Below are positions 25,954 to 40,481 of a stretch of DNA of 64,000 bases, piece after piece. A model generated the notes under the pieces. It was not told where the DNA came from. It worked only from the letters and a program-made list of their open reading frames with translations, and searched no databases. Where the stretch lies: contig CM119371.1 of NCBI GenBank assembly GCA_051294905.1, positions 25,298,001-25,362,000 on the forward strand, given 5' to 3'. Positions within the stretch are counted from its first letter, which is position 1. Every line of letters begins with the position of its first letter. Source of the DNA: Botryllus schlosseri. Lineage: Eukaryota. Both the position numbers and the translations under genes were made by a program.

Positions 25954-27582
25954 CTATCAGACGGACATTACTTTCTAATTAAGTCTTAGAAGTCAATGTG
26001 TAGTAACATACAACAATTAAGTTATGGTAGATCTTATTGATGACTGTGCGATTGCGGGATACGCCGAATTGAAGTATTTCAGAGCTTCAAGATTCCCTGT
26101 GATATTTGAGAAAGCCATGTTGTAGTAGATTGAGGCTGACGACCCTGGGCGCCAAAACCGTCACGCGGTATACTACAGTGTTCTTCTTATCACGCATCTA
26201 TCGATTGAATTTTGCAAAACATTCAATAACGAATACGATTATTTTGGATATCTTGTTGGAGGTACAGAACTTAAATATACTATTGAAAAATATATTCATA
26301 CCAGAATAAGCCTGAATATTTTTCAATGGCACTCGTCAGGGTTAGTACTTAGCAACTAGCAGATGATTGGAAAGAACATTGTATATCAACAATCGTACCA
26401 CCAATTATGACATTACCGGGCTGAAATTTCGAAATCGTTTGCCCAAAGTACTAAATCAGGGGTGGGCAGACCTGCTTCTTGCGCGAGTTGCCTATCAAAA
26501 CCTTATAGAATTAAAAGAGCCACAAAAAAAATCAAAATTAGGAATTTATTACGTCACAATGAAATGTAAGCTATCGAATGACGTTTATTATTGTATAGTG
26601 ATACGGTGCATACCCACCTGGTCTAAAGGGTGTTTGAAATCAGATTGCTATGACGTCAAAGCAGTGTGGAGCACTTCATTCAAGCGCTGCTGAGCTTCGA
26701 TAGTTACCTCGTGGCAATGTCTTGGGGTTTGGTGTCGTTTCAAATTACATGGCTTTAGAATTATTCAGCCAATCTTGACAGGTAAGGCACAGTGACTCAC
26801 CTCCATAGTTTCTGAATGCAAACTCATTCTCGCATTTTGTTTCAAAAGTCATATTTTCCTGTTCATTCTTTATGTTCTTGCAATTATTTATCAATTACAT
26901 TTTCTTCGCTAAACCCCGCAGTTATTGCTAACCTTTAAGAGCCGTATTCACCATTGTCAACCCGGATATGATCGCGACCTGCCGTACCGTGATTAATGTA
27001 TCATGTTAATTTTTGAACACAATTGTTTATCATTGATTAATGACCATGAACCATTTTTGCAGGTGGAACCTTTATGTGGACTCGATCTGATACCGAAATT
27101 GCAAAGTTCTAAACATGTGGTGCCATGTCATGCAATGCTCACCCCTGTACCAGATGGTTCACGAATTCTTTCTGTTGATAAAAACTAGGTTCGCAAACTT
27201 TGATAAAATTTGACTCCTGGACACACAAATGAGAGTTTGAGTTTTTTCTTCCGATTTTTAGGTTTAATTGGGAATTCAAATATTTCAAAATGCCGCATTC
27301 GTCATAATCGATTACTTTTACATATCAAGATTGGTTCCTGTCTGATTCCGGATGCTAAAAATAATAATTCAATCGTATGCGAAAGAGGGCGCCAGCAACC
27401 CTAGATAAGGAAAATTGGCTTACGGAAATGCAGCTTTTTTTAATTCAATGACGTGACGTCAAATCTTCAAGAACAAGTTGAAGTTCGCAGCGTGTGTTTC
27501 AGTAGAGCCCGTGCTTACACGCAGTCCGAATCACTTTAAACTAAACTAAATATGTTCGGTCAATTGAATATAATGATCTCAC

Positions 27583-27626
27583 CTCCACCGCAATGCCTTT
27601 CATTTTCCGCATAGTTGCAGTCTAAA
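27583..27626 (-). CDS. GPCR exon: (N)LDCNYAENERHCGG, completes an LDLa module
   Basis: tttacag/gtgaga, 44 nt, phase 2->1; gives VCDKNLDCNYAENERHC. Confidence 0.8.
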
Positions 27627-28812
27627 CTGTAAATAAATCAGTGATGTGGAATGATTCTGTGAATTAATATGTAACAATGAGAATATACGTGATGATACAC
27701 GTGACATATTGACAATTGGATGTTTTATACTGACTGAGCTGACTTTACGACGAAATGTACTAATTAGCTGCGTCAGGGTTGCGATTCTAATGTTTTTGGC
27801 TCATATGTCTCAAGCCATTCGGGTGTTCCAATTTCACAAACGGCCATTATTTAATAATACCTTCCATTTAAACTCCTCGGGGTCAGACCTATGGAACTGG
27901 AGCCGAATCAAGCAGTCGGAGACCCGGATATCCGTGTATTTTTAACATATTCAACAGACTAGGAACTGGAGCCAAAGCTCTGCGTGAATTTCGAATGGAT
28001 CGGTAGTCCGAGTGAGAGTCAGAAATGTATCCGGCCTCAATGTATTTAGTGAGATGTTATGCTACGATACTATAGGATGAATTCATATAATTTAACAGCA
28101 ACCCTTTATGAAGATATAAGTTGTTATCTCTTCTGCTACTGAAGTTGCTGGGCTTTGGCAGCTAAGCAGTCACATGGACGTAGCTGCAACCGAGTCTATA
28201 CTGACTACTGCCTGAACCATGCGCTAGACCTAACGCGAGTAATAATATTGAGCCGGGACAGTGGTCAAATGATCTGCGGAACTGGAGATGGAGCAATTCA
28301 ACATTAACCCATACTCCAATGTACTGCTTGGGCGGATGGATTGTAAGTCTACCTAGGTTACTAATTGGTGTTTTGCGTTTTGCTGGTCGTTACGACATGA
28401 AATTTCGTGTCACATTTACATCATGTCGACATTAGCTACATTTGTGAGTCTTGAGCGGTCGATTTATATCACGATCCATTTTCATTGAATAGGCTATTTA
28501 CAGTGCCGTATGTCATCTGCTCAAAAATAACAGAAACCCCCTTAATACCATACAATAGCCTACGGTGACAGATGTGCTTCAGACGAGACAGCGTACGGTA
28601 GATATTTTCAGACGGTTTTGATTGCGAATCTCCATTTGCGACAATCAAAACCAAAAGAAAGACTCCCTTTGCAACACCCAAAGAAGTGCAATGTTTCCAC
28701 TACCATTAGAGAAGAAGTAACCAGACATATAGAACATTGTAAACTAACGTGATCAGCAGGATAGTTTTTTTTACCTGAAAAATAAAAATTTTGACTATTT
28801 ATTGACCTAAAC

Positions 28813-29536
28813 CAGGGCCGGCCAACCCGTGGCCCGCGGGCCACATGTGGCCCGCGAGAAGGTTTTGAGTGGCCCGCGAGGTAATTTCCGAAATTTCTAA
28901 TATCATCAAAAATGGATTGCACAGATTTTGAGCTTGCAAGGCCAACCGAAAATTTGATCAGTCTGGCCGCAATACTTGAGATGTGATGACTAAAATATCA
29001 GTTGCGACGCATTGACAGATCTATCAGCCATTCACATATTGGCACATCTTCGTACACTACAATAAAGCAGAATAATTTGCGATAGATTTATCAAAGGAAA
29101 ATTTTTTCTACAAGCTTTAACGCAATATGTTGTCACTCGATTTCTTGTTTTTAGTATTGTTGCCCTTTTGTGAAAATGGAAGAACACCTAATGTATCAGA
29201 TTGAGTCTAAGTATATTCGCGATTACGAGACAAAGTGTCGTTCAACATATGCGACCTTGCGTTTGCGCTCGCAGTAAGACCGTCCACCGTGAAACCTAGG
29301 CACGAAATGATTGACGCATGTTGGTCACATCTTTCGATATCGATATGTCCATGCGCCGAATAGCCCAGTCCTCGCAAACTTAGCCCAGCGATATACAGCA
29401 GGCCCGCAATATAGTCAAGTGACGATATTATTGACCTATGAACTTCAAAAAATTTTCGCGCTTCGCGCGGATAGTTGCCCGTGTAAAATTTCATCAATCG
29501 AATGTGGCCCTTTGGCCGAAAAGTTGGCCAGCCCTG
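28813..29536. mobile_element. hAT MITE nested in an older TIR element (~28752-31895)
   Basis: TIR CAGGGC(C/T)GGCCAAC, perfect TSD ACCTAAAC. Confidence 0.88.
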
Positions 29537-30045
29537 ACCTAAACAAACTGAATTTTGACCAAATTTTGACCTAACGTATGCAAATTAGGTGTTCTCCCAC
29601 ATAATGTTAAAATTGTACCATTTGTCTACATTTCTCGTTGGAACTGGCTGTTCTAACGAAGTAGTTTGGCCTGAAAAAGAAACGTTTTTAGCACAGAAAC
29701 AGGCAACCTTTTACACAATGTTTTAACGAAATCTGGCCATATGAAGAATTGCAGTGGTTGCAATACGTATTAGGGTGGAAATAATTATAATTTTTTGTAG
29801 TACAATGAGAGATATGTTCCTACATTCTTGGGTAGAAGGTGCATGTCCTTACTAAGAAACTTGCGAAGGACGTTCAACTCTCAGCAGCAGCAGTTGTTGG
29901 CTGACAACTCTCAAGTTGTACGTACACTGCTGGTGACACACCGTGTTGCGTCTTTCTGACAATGTTGTCTACATCACAATTTTTCATCATGCACTTCTCA
30001 AATTAAGAATGATGCAATGTCCAAGAAGTCTTTCTTCAGTTAGCC

Positions 30046-31589
30046 CAGTGGTTCTTAACCTTGCCACCAGCGCCCCCCAGGGGGCGCTGGCGATCTTGAA
30101 GGGGGGCGGAAACGCTCAGGGGGCGATATGGGGGGCGCTGGGCTCAGGGGGGCGGTATGGGGGGCGCTGGAGAAAAATGGCTTCGCAGTAGATGATGTGG
30201 TGATAGGACATATCCTTAATGAGTATTCAGAGCAAATTAACACCGAAAACGTCGTTACATATAGCCTTCAAAATACATCTAGGTTTAATTGTCCATGGGC
30301 GCCTAAATGACTGACACCGAATGTTCCTGTCTTGGCAATCAGAACCCCAGAAGACGAATTCCATCTGGCAGGGAAAAATTATATGTCAGTAAAGAAATAT
30401 CAATCTGAAATCGTGTGCGTCTTTGAGTTTAGTACGATTGGGCGACAGGGATATTCCTGCTGGGCGATATCCCCGTTGAGCGATTCTATATTTTTTGATA
30501 TTGCAGACAGGGGGTCAGGAAATAACATTATGCAACGAAGTCATACGAACGGGTTCGCCCGCCCGAATATGTTTAATTATTAGTAACGGGCCCTACAGTT
30601 TCCAAGAAACCTCACAATGTTCGCTTTAAGTTTTGATTAGTCTGCGCACACTCAACGACTCACTGCGCTGACCCTTGGACAACAGTGCGTAACGACTTAA
30701 AAAAGGTAATAACTCCGGATTTGTTGTGCGCAACGTAGATTTTCTGTGTGCAGAGACCGTGTCAGTACTGCGCACGTGCGCAGCTTAGAGGGAACATTGC
30801 ACCTCACTCACCTCTACCGGTAAATGCGTTTACGTGAGCAGAGAGAGGATAAAAATTGATATCAATTTACATGCAATTCCCGGTGATATTGACCAATTCA
30901 ATCATTAATTAGTGAATTTTTTCGCACTTCGCGCGAATAGACGAGAATAGCTGCCTCAGTAAATGGACACCCAATGTAGATACCTAATAGGCTATCAGCA
31001 AATAGCGGACAGCCTAATGGGGGTCTGGGAGTGAAGTCCCCCGGAAGTTTGGTTTATCACCCGATGGGGCCCAGGACCAACGTTTTTAGTTTGGGGGGTG
31101 CTGACGAAGTGCTGTTACGGCCCTGGTAACGAATAATTGTACTTGCGGGCACGCCCGAATATGTTTAATTAATAATTACGTGCCCTTTATTTTCCTATAC
31201 AACAGCTCACTCAGTGCTACTGGTAAATCTGATTACGTGGGCTGAGAGGATAAAAAGTTTATATAGCGACTTATATATGTAATTACCACCTATTCATTCA
31301 TGCATTATGGGAAATTTTGGTACTTAGGGCGACCAGGCCACACAAACTTTGCTGACCATCGAAATCACGATATGGGGTTGGTGGGGGCGAAGCCCTCAGA
31401 AGTTCGGTTTATCACGCTACGGGTGCGCAAGGCAATCGTTTTTAGGGGGGTTAACGAAGTGCTGTTACGGCCCTCCCTCTTACTCATTGTCTTCATTACA
31501 TTCCTTACAATATGAAGTTGGGGGGGGGGCGCTGGAGTACGATAATTTTTGAAAGGGGGCGCTGGAAGAAAAAAGGTTAAGAACCACTG
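30046..31589. mobile_element. hAT MITE with internal repeats and a 185-bp CAATGTTC-family MITE (30615-30799)
   Basis: TIR CAGTGGTTCTTAACCTT, perfect TSD AGTTAGCC. Confidence 0.86.
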
Positions 31590-32085
31590 AGTTAGCCGAT
31601 TGCCATAATACCATGTCTACCTATTTGTTTTATTTGACCTTTTATGATTCACAATCAATGAGCAGACAATCAGCCGTTTACAACGGTAGGCCAGGCGTAT
31701 GAAGTTGGCTACAAGCCGTAAAATATCAAATGATACGTTCACCGGCAGTGCAAAAATCTCCGATACAATCGAAATGAATACGTCAAAAAATGTTTGACTT
31801 CATGAACAATTTTGACAAATTTTCACCTAACGCTACAATTTTGACAAAATTTTGACAAATTTTGACAAGTCAAAAAAAAAACCGCCCTGGTGATCAGTGA
31901 GCAATTCAGCATGATTTGGTAGTTGCACGAATGTTTCAGCTCACTGCATATAGCGAATAACAGTGCTTTCATGTATATAGCATTGGCAGCGGATTTCGGC
32001 CTATTACAGATAACTTCAAACTAAAAAGCCTTTCGCATAAGTAATAATATGACTATATAATGGTATATCGACATAGCTTGCTTAC

Positions 32086-32170
32086 TTCTTATCGCACACT
32101 TGATTTCGATCGACTTCAATTTGCTTTGAATTGTTCGATTTCTTGCAGCGAAGAAAGTGCCTTTCTCCGT
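32086..32170 (-). CDS. GPCR exon: DGERHFLRCKKSNNSKQIEVDRNQVCDK
   Basis: tgatag/gtaagc, 85 nt, phase 1->2, after a 76-nt intron. Confidence 0.75.
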
Positions 32171-32246
32171 CTATCATTTTTTAAATATATTCAGGTGATA
32201 AAAGGGTCTAGTCCGTTCTATGCTCAAAGGGTCACTAATTACTTAC

Positions 32247-32405
32247 CCCATTCCTGTCTTTCACATATTTCGGGACGCTCAGACGATTGACAAAGGCACT
32301 CGTCAGTCAAATCGGGACAATCAAATGATCCGTCACACAACCTGGTTGTGGGGATGATTATATTGGGATGTCCAACGCAACGGAAGCATGCCGCGTCAAG
32401 ATGAT
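32247..32405 (-). CDS. GPCR exon: LDLa-like ([53 protein letters not shown])
   Basis: cccaag/gtaagt, 159 nt, phase 1->1, CDG.FDC.D.TDEC motif. Confidence 0.88.
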
Positions 32406-32953
32406 CTTGGGATATCATATCGAATTAGGACTTCAAATAGAAGAGAGATAAACGTGATATATGTTTGCTTCCGTATTGGATAATGGTACTTAAACTGGAG
32501 GACCCGTCTCCTGACAGGGGGTCTGGAAGCCTTCTGAGACCATTTAGGCATGCTTTGCCGAAATTCAATTAGTTAGTGAAAACCGATTAGTCACTTCATA
32601 TACGGGTTGAAACCGGAAGTTTGTGAGGACGCATCCTTATTGGACAATGCGTCTCTGCGTTAGCAACTACCGACAGCAACGCAAACGCTACAATTGTTAT
32701 TATGGTTTTTGCGTATGATATTAAGGTACTATGAAAATTTGCAATGAAACTGCAAAAGAGACGTTAGGATTACGGATTGTCTGTTGCTAAAGTTTTGGCA
32801 TAATAATACTTCATACTATTTTATCACGGTAATGTGTATTTCTTCGATTTTAGTTGAATTTGAAACGATCTCTTATTCCTATAAATAGATATATTTTTAA
32901 GAGGGTATAATTTGTTGAGGAGAGCTTTACAGCATACTGTTGCTGTAGTAACT

Positions 32954-35900
32954 ATGGTGCATTGTGTTGTATTTGGGTGTGCAGCTACGCAAAAATGAAA
33001 TCCGGGTCGATAGTTTCACCAATTTCCAGAAGATAAAAAAGCCTGAAAAGATGTGGATTATTAGCATTAATAGAAAAAAATTGGTCACGTTGCCCTACTT
33101 TTCGAGTGAGCTCGTATCACTTCAGAGTAGAAGATTACAGCCGTGAAAGATTGTCAGATGTACCAGATGAGTTTCAAAAAAAGAGATTGAAAAAGGATGC
33201 TGTGCCAAGCTGCAATCTTCGAGGTGAGGAAAACGATCCACGAATATACCAGCGTAAAACTTGTATATCTCAGCGTGCTAGTGGAACAGTGACTGCTGAT
33301 GAAAAGCCAAGTTGCAGCAATCACGGAACCATGGTATCCACCAACTCTGCTAATAGTTCTGTAAATGACAATACCATCACTATCGCATCACAAGAACCAT
33401 GCATACCAAAGCAAGTCGAATTGGAAAAACTTTCACAGCAAGATGAGTTGGAAAAGCCTAAAGGAGAAATAGCTGTTGCCCATAGTGTGATTTCTGCCCT
33501 TGTGTATAAAACCAGAAGCCAGACGCAGCAAGTTGATGAGGTCAAGTGTGACACCGAGGCAACACTCCTCTCTATGGCTGCACACAGTGCACAGTCATCA
33601 CGAATACTGTCAACAGCAAATATGACCGATGCTGAAGTTCATAATTCACTGGACTGAGTAAATATATTTTTTGAACTCATTATAAATAAGATTGACCGAT
33701 TCCAGTCTTTGACTTACTGTACCGGCGAAACTGTGCAATCTGTGAGCACTTCTGACCAGCCGCTCATATTGCTCCTGAAAATGAAATTCGACCTACCAAG
33801 TGTTTTTTAGCAAAACTGTTCACTTTGAGCCATACCTCAATCAATAACATATTTTTGACGCACTTGCATGTCATGCATGAGCTATTTTTCAAAGAATTTG
33901 GGAACCAAGTTTCATCGGTTGCCAAGCATTTGTGCACAACTCCTCAGAAGTTTCATGTGATTTCAAATTGCCGCATTATTGTAGACTGTACAGAATTCTT
34001 CATGGAAACCACAAGAAAAGATCTTGAATCAGCTTGTTCATGTTTCAGCAACTACAAAAAACGACTGACAGTTAAATATCTAATTGGATCAGCTCCAAAT
34101 GGAGCAATGACTTTCATCAGTGATGGATACTCTGGAAGTACCAGTGACAAAATGATCATCAAGCTTTCAGGGGTATTACAACATTTCCATGTCTGTATCA
34201 GCATTCGAATCATAAACAGATTACACCGGTCAACAAAATTTAAAAAAATATATTTTGGCAGAACATCTAGGAGCCGTTTTGGTGGTTTTCGAGGTTGCTG
34301 ATTACGAATATCACATTAGTTTTGTGAGATTGGCTCAAGAAAAGAAGATATTTACACCCCTAAAAAGTTTAAAATCAGTATATATACCCTTGAATATTTC
34401 ACTTGGTAGGAAGTGAATCTTGGATTTTTTTTACTTTTATACTGCTCATAAATAGATAATTGACTATGATTAACACTCATGTCGTTCTCAGTTATTGCGT
34501 CAATATTAACATAACCTGATGCGAGAACTTTGTTTGTTAAAAAGCAGTTTGTCAAGCCTAAAAATTGCACTATTGCACAATAGAAATATATTTTCTCCTG
34601 TTCCAATTGGTCATTGTATCAAGATGAAAGAGGGTATGAAGCTATCAAGTTTGTCCCTGGACAGCTTAACTAAAATACTCATATGCGTCTCATCTTTTTT
34701 CACTTGTAAATTGATAATTTTTCGTAAAGCCAACAAAGGGGGTAAGCCTAGAATCCATATCAAACGAGAAACTTAAATCTGGAATATTTAATGTATCTCA
34801 GATTCGAATACGGACGAAGGATTACAATTTCATATTAAGAAAGGTGCTCACTGCATTGAATCCCTTCATGGATGTAGTAAATAAAACGTTTTAGAAGATC
34901 ACAAAGCACCCAACTACACACAGTTGGTCCGAGAATTGGTATCTGCATATGGAAATCTTGGAGCAAATATGAGCATTAAATCTCACTTCCTGTTCAGTTA
35001 TCTTGATATTTTTTCTGATAATATTGTTGAGTAGAGCGAGTGGAAACGGGGAAAGGTTCCACCAATACATCAAAACAACAAAAGAAAGATGTCGGTGCAC
35101 ATGCGACGAACATGTTGGTAGACTATTGCTGGAACCTTTCGGAAAACTGCACTAAATTGTTTACAACCGAAAATTGCAGAGGAACCAATTTTTCTTTAAG
35201 ATAAGTTGTTATTTTCATTATATTTCAACTGATTATTTTTAATTTAAAATAGGTGATTGACATAAAACTGATTCAATTATAGCAATGTTGTTTGAGTGTT
35301 CAGGTAAATACTTATATACATGATAGAAGTTTATTAATGTAGGCTACATGATATCCATGAAAGTCTCTAGTTATGATAAATCTAATACCCCGGAATACAG
35401 TTCTGTTGATGTATTTTGATTTAGAACAGTCATCAGCGTGTCAAAATAACAAGTAGATTGAATTTCTGAACTTTATAATACGACTGAGTACATTTTTTTA
35501 TCCAGCCCATACAGCGAAAACATGAGATTTTAGTCAAAGAAGCCCCATGGATTATCTCCAAAAATAGAGCCATTTTGAAAAAAAAAAGGTTATATTCGGA
35601 ATCAGTGCCCTTCAGAACCCCCAAAACCACTCTTACTTTGTCTGCCTAAAAATATGTGTTGACCGCAGTGCTATAGACAGACACATATCGTCAATTTAGG
35701 ATATCAAAGTTACAGGATTTTTGCTAATAAAATTATCGTTTTATGAAATTTGAATCACCATTTGACGACAATAAGTCGAATTAAATCTTGTTTCGCATTA
35801 TAATGCGTAAGATTATATGATTCTTCTTTATAACAGGCCGGGGATTTAGTTCTGGCAGACAAAAGATTTGTCATTCATGAATTGATGGCAAGCGGAGTTT

Positions 35901-36133
35901 CGTTTAATCGACAGCAGGAAAGAAGCAATTTACAGAAAATGAAGCAAAGTTCTGAAAAAAGATAGCTTCTTGTGGAATACGCTACACGTCGAGAGAGCGA
36001 TAGAAAGAATCCGCAATTTTAAATATGATTACTAGCACGAAGAGACCTTTCGTAGATAAGCTGGTGCAAATATGTTGAGTTCTAGTAAATTTGCAGTCTC
36101 CAACCATTGAAGGAGCATTTGGGCGATACCTAG
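32954..36133 (+). pseudogene. ISL2EU transposase pseudogene (THAP + HTH + DDE_Tnp_4-type catalytic core)
   Basis: MVHCVVFGC...FHQFP...W...HF...LKKDAVPS (THAP); IVDCTEFF, NYKKRLTVKYLIG..PNG...FISDGYSGSTSD; GDLVLADKRF (~35840); VERAIERI (~35990); stops, frameshifts and an insertion at 34224-35670; end approximate. Confidence 0.85.
34224..35670 (+). mobile_element. Chapaev3-like (CMC) internally deleted DNA transposon nested in the ISL2EU transposase gene
   Basis: Termini CACCGGTCAACA / TGTTGACCGCAGTG, flanks tta/cta; degenerate LGANMSIKSHFL..YLDIF...GERFHQYI...MLVDYCW at ~34950-35135. Confidence 0.75.
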
Positions 36134-36374
36134 AATCAAATATTCCAGTTTAGATTCAACGCAGAATCCATCGTAATGTTCTGAATCAATATAGTTGTAG
36201 TGACTACAGTTTCAGCTGATATATTAGAAACTGCACATCGATCTCTTTTGTTGCTTGTGTCTTTTCTGAATGAACAAACAAAGATAGCTTATGAAATTGA
36301 GTATGAGTATATTCAGTCAAAATTTATGATGGCCAGAACAATGAATAGTTGGAAACTAGCCAGGAAGAAATTAT

Positions 36375-36740
36375 TTAGAAGGTGTGACGTGTGGCAAAAA
36401 CGTATCCAGATAGAAATTGGTCAATTTTGGCAAGTTTTCCTGTTACTGTTATGATTCGCATATCTTTTGTTGTCCACAGTACAACATGACACCACAAAGT
36501 CTTAGTAACTACCATTTCCGTTTGAATTTGATGCCAATATTCGTGGTTTTTCTTCAGTACACCGCACTGTTCCAGGTATTGTTCTAATCCAATTGTATCC
36601 AAGTTTTGTTCTGATGAGTCCATGGACGGTGGAAACCTCATTTCTAGTATACCGTTCTCATGCACTCAGCAGTAAATATAATGCCATCGAGTGTGCATCC
36701 ATAATATCCACAAGGAAATAGAGATAATCCTGCCTGTGTT
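36375..36740 (-). pseudogene. 3' part of YqaJ-like (lambda-exonuclease family) gene, split from its 5' part by a LINE
   Basis: AGLSLFPCGYYGCTLDG...GILEMRFP (cf. GASPDG...LEIKCP) and LKKNHEYWHQIQTEMVVT...WCHVVLWT. Confidence 0.8.
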
Positions 36741-36839
36741 AAGATTGTGTTGTGTTGTGTGTGCCTGATTGTGTTAAGATGTTAAGCTATATCGATACTT
36801 ATATCTATTTTACACACTGAACTGCGACTCTATATCACG

Positions 36840-37703
36840 ATGACAGCTACTGAAGCTGAACTGAAAGATGCCACAAGGAAGCTTACCTCCAAGATTGAGG
36901 CGAGCGAGTCTCGTGTCATGAAAAAAATGAGAGATGAACTAAAAAGCGTTGTCAATGAAGCAGTCAGCCAAGTACTGGCACAGCTATTGAAAGATAGTGA
37001 TTTTAAAGAGCTAATTGCCAAATCCACACAGATGGATACAAAAATTGATTATATTATTGATCAAAACAAGAAAAGAGACAAAGAACTTCAAGAAATCAAG
37101 GCATCTCAAGACTTCATCAGTTCTGCCTTCGAAGCCTAAAAACAACAATTCAAGGACCTCGAAGCACAGTATTGCATTCTCCAGATGGAAAATAAGAAAT
37201 TGCAACAAGCTATCTCAAATAAAGCAAGACAAATTGACGACATCGACCAAATCCAACGGAGCGATACCCTGGAACTCCATGGCGTACCTGTTAAAGAAAA
37301 TGAAAGATTAGACGAAGAAGTCACTAAAATTGGTGCAGCTCTTGGTATCTCACTAACATCAGATGACTTGAACTCTGTCTTCAGGATTCGATCTCAAAAT
37401 GCAGCTATGAGCGATCGTCCACCTTTGAAAATTGCAAAATTCCACCGCTTAAAGACCAGGCGACTTTTTCTCCAGAAGCGTGGAGATCTTCGGAAAGTCA
37501 CGGAACATCCTGAATACAAAAATATATACATCAATGAAAACCTGACAAAATTCCGCAGGATCCTATATGCCAAAGCACGACAAGCTGCTAAAACGTTGAA
37601 GTACGACTTCTGCTGGACTGCAAATGGGAAAGTATTCATGAAGCGAGACAATAATACACGCACAATCCTCATTGATTCTCCAGAAAAGCTGAACCAGCTG
37701 TGA
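36840..37703 (+). pseudogene. LINE ORF1 (coiled coil + RRM-like LELHGVP + IYINENLT...FCWT.NGKV C-terminal domain)
   Basis: ORFs 36840..37139 and 37185..37703 share a frame and are separated by one TAA. Confidence 0.85.
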
Positions 37704-37786
37704 AAGGCCTGGTGATCATCTCGAGTATGTAAGTCACTTTGTCATTGCTTAAAATGGCTTCCAGCTAAGACCATACAAATGCATAC

Positions 37787-40481
37787 GTGAAAAATTCTGA
37801 GCTGCTTTACAACAATATTGAGATATGCGAAAGTGTTACTTTGGATGATTTATCCTACAATTTATCTACCGCTTTTCAAGACTTTGTTATCTGCCACTTC
37901 AATATTAGATCTTTGCAAAAACACTATTTATCTCTTCATCAAATCATTAGAGACATGAATATTGCTCCTAGTATAATTGCTTTGTCTTAAACTGCCCTGC
38001 GTGACGACCCCTTATTGAATATCAATTTACATGGTTATACGTTCATCCACACCACCACAGATACCAAATGTGGCGGAGTTGGTATGTATATCAGAGACGA
38101 CATTCCCTACTCCCTTGTTGATAAGTATTGCCTGAATCTGGATACAATTGAAGAAAAATGGGTAGAGGTTCAAGTTGGCATAGCCAGTGTACCTTCCATT
38201 ATTGTCGGTGTTATCTACAGACACCCTGTGCCAAACACCTCTGACTTCAGCTCTGAGCTATCCCACGCCATTGTTAAAATATCTAACTCGAAGTTACCAT
38301 TTTTCGTTGTCGGAGACATCAATATTGACATGGCATCCAAGAAAAGCAAAAATACTTCAAGTCATCTTGAAAATATGAGGGCTACTGGTGCAACACAAAT
38401 CATTACTAATCCTATCAGATACTGTGACACCACTGCAACTATTATTGACCATTGCTACACTAATATAGCACAAGGTTCAATTAAACCATATGTCCTGATT
38501 GATGACACTACTGATCATTACCCAATAATAGTTCAATTCAAGCGCCGTATGCATAGACCATTGGCTTATGCGACACTCTCCAGGAATCTGACTCCAGAAA
38601 GCATGACTAATATCTACAATCACCTCTGGGACTATTTTGAAAAATATGAACCAATACCTCTGACTGAATTGAATTTTAATCAGCGATTCAACATGTTTGT
38701 CAATTCAATATTAGAAATAGTTAATGTATACTCACCATTGACAGGTTTATCTCGCAAACAGCGTAAATTGAAACGTAAGCCATAGTTAATTCCATCTATC
38801 CTCCGATCCATTCGTATAAAGAATAAGATGTATCGTACATTATTCCTAAAGGGGAGCCCTGAAGACAAAATAGTCTATAAATCATATGCAAACAACCTTT
38901 CGCGAACTATCACTAAAGCTAAGCAAACATACTACATGTCCCTCTTCACACGGTTCAAGGGTGACCCAAAATCTGCCTGGAAGGCAATAAATGGTATAAT
39001 AAATAGGGGCGATACTGCAGCAACCTATCCAACTCTCAAAACTGCTCAAATTCATTGCACCTGCTATTGCCAGACATCTATGCACATTTTTCAACTTCTC
39101 AATCAATCATGGAATATTTCCAGACCATCTCAAACAAGCCAAGGTTGTACCAGTTTACAAAAAGAATGACAGTCTAGAAATTGGAAACTACAGACCAATT
39201 TCAGTTTTGAACTCAATTGCCATTACATTTGAAAGACTACTCTACCGTAGAATCATTGACTTTGTTATGAAAAATTCACTATTATCCGATGAGCAATTCG
39301 GGTTTTTAGCCAATAGAAGCACTACGCAGGCCCTAGCCGACATGACATCCAGACACTTCAAGTCACTTGATAACAAAAAACCATCATGCTGTGTTTTTTT
39401 AGATATCAGCAAAGCATTTGACTCTGCTAACCACCAGATACTGATTAGAAAACTTGTTCAGTTTGGCATACGTGGTATTGCCTCGAAACTTATATCTGAC
39501 TATTTGAAAAACCGCCGACAATGTGTGTATGTCAATAGTACTATCTACGCTCCATCAACTATAACTTGTGGCGTCCCTCAGGGTTCTGTACTGGGGCCTT
39601 TATTATTTCTTATATATATCAATGATGTTAGCAAGGTCTCCTCTCTGAAAACCGTACTATTCGCTGATGATGCCTGTTTCTCAGCATCCTCAACATCCTT
39701 GCAAGAATTGACATCCAATGAAATGACAAAGATCTGTAATTGGATGAGAAGTAATCAACTTTCCATCAACCCTAGTAAAACCCAACTTCTCTTATTTAAT
39801 AATTCCAATTCGCTAAAAACCAATCCATTTTCTGTAAGAATCAATGAAACTGTCATTAACCCAGCTGATCACGTTCGCTATCTTGGAATTCTTGTCGATT
39901 CGAAATTGTCATGGAAACCTCAGATCGAGTCAGTCACCTCGAAATTGTCACGGGCTACGGGCATGCTACAACGATTGAAATATCTAATGCCACAAAAAGC
40001 ACTGTGCGCAGTGTATTTTGCTATTTTTCAATCTCAGCTTCAATGTGCAATAAATATTTTGGGACATACAAATGTAACAAACCTTACAAAAATCAAAACT
40101 CTCCAGAAACAGGCTCTTCGTGTCATTAGTGAATTGCCTCCCAGGCAACGAATTCTCCCGGAATATCGAAGTCATGGTATACTCAGAGTTGCCGACCTAA
40201 TTCAGTACGAGACGGCAAAGATGATGCACACCATCTTCCACACAAACAGGTCATACTTTAATTCGCATTTTACAACTTTTGCGAAAACTCATGGTTATGA
40301 AACTAGACAGGTATCGAGAAATTCTATTTCGCTGCCTTTCCTGTCACGATCTTCATCCCGCAATAGTTTACATTTTGTCGGTGCGAAAACTTGGAATGAT
40401 CTCCCTGCAGAGCTGATACCATTACCACCATGGCAGTTTAAAAAAATATATAAAAATTATTTACTCCAAACGTACTGTTGA
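37787..40481 (+). pseudogene. LINE ORF2: apurinic endonuclease + reverse transcriptase
   Basis: HFNIRSL, GGVGMYI, VIYRHP, GDINID, IDH, TDHYPI (APE); FLDISKAFDS, GVPQGSVLGPLLFLIYIND, LFADD, YLGI (RT); stops at ~37990 and ~38785, deletion/frameshift near 39040-39200. Confidence 0.92.

Noticed and set aside
28469..28922. Cys-containing minus-strand ORFs
   Set aside because: No convincing splice sites or LDLa motif; partly inside a MITE, and exons 32086 and 27583 already join in phase
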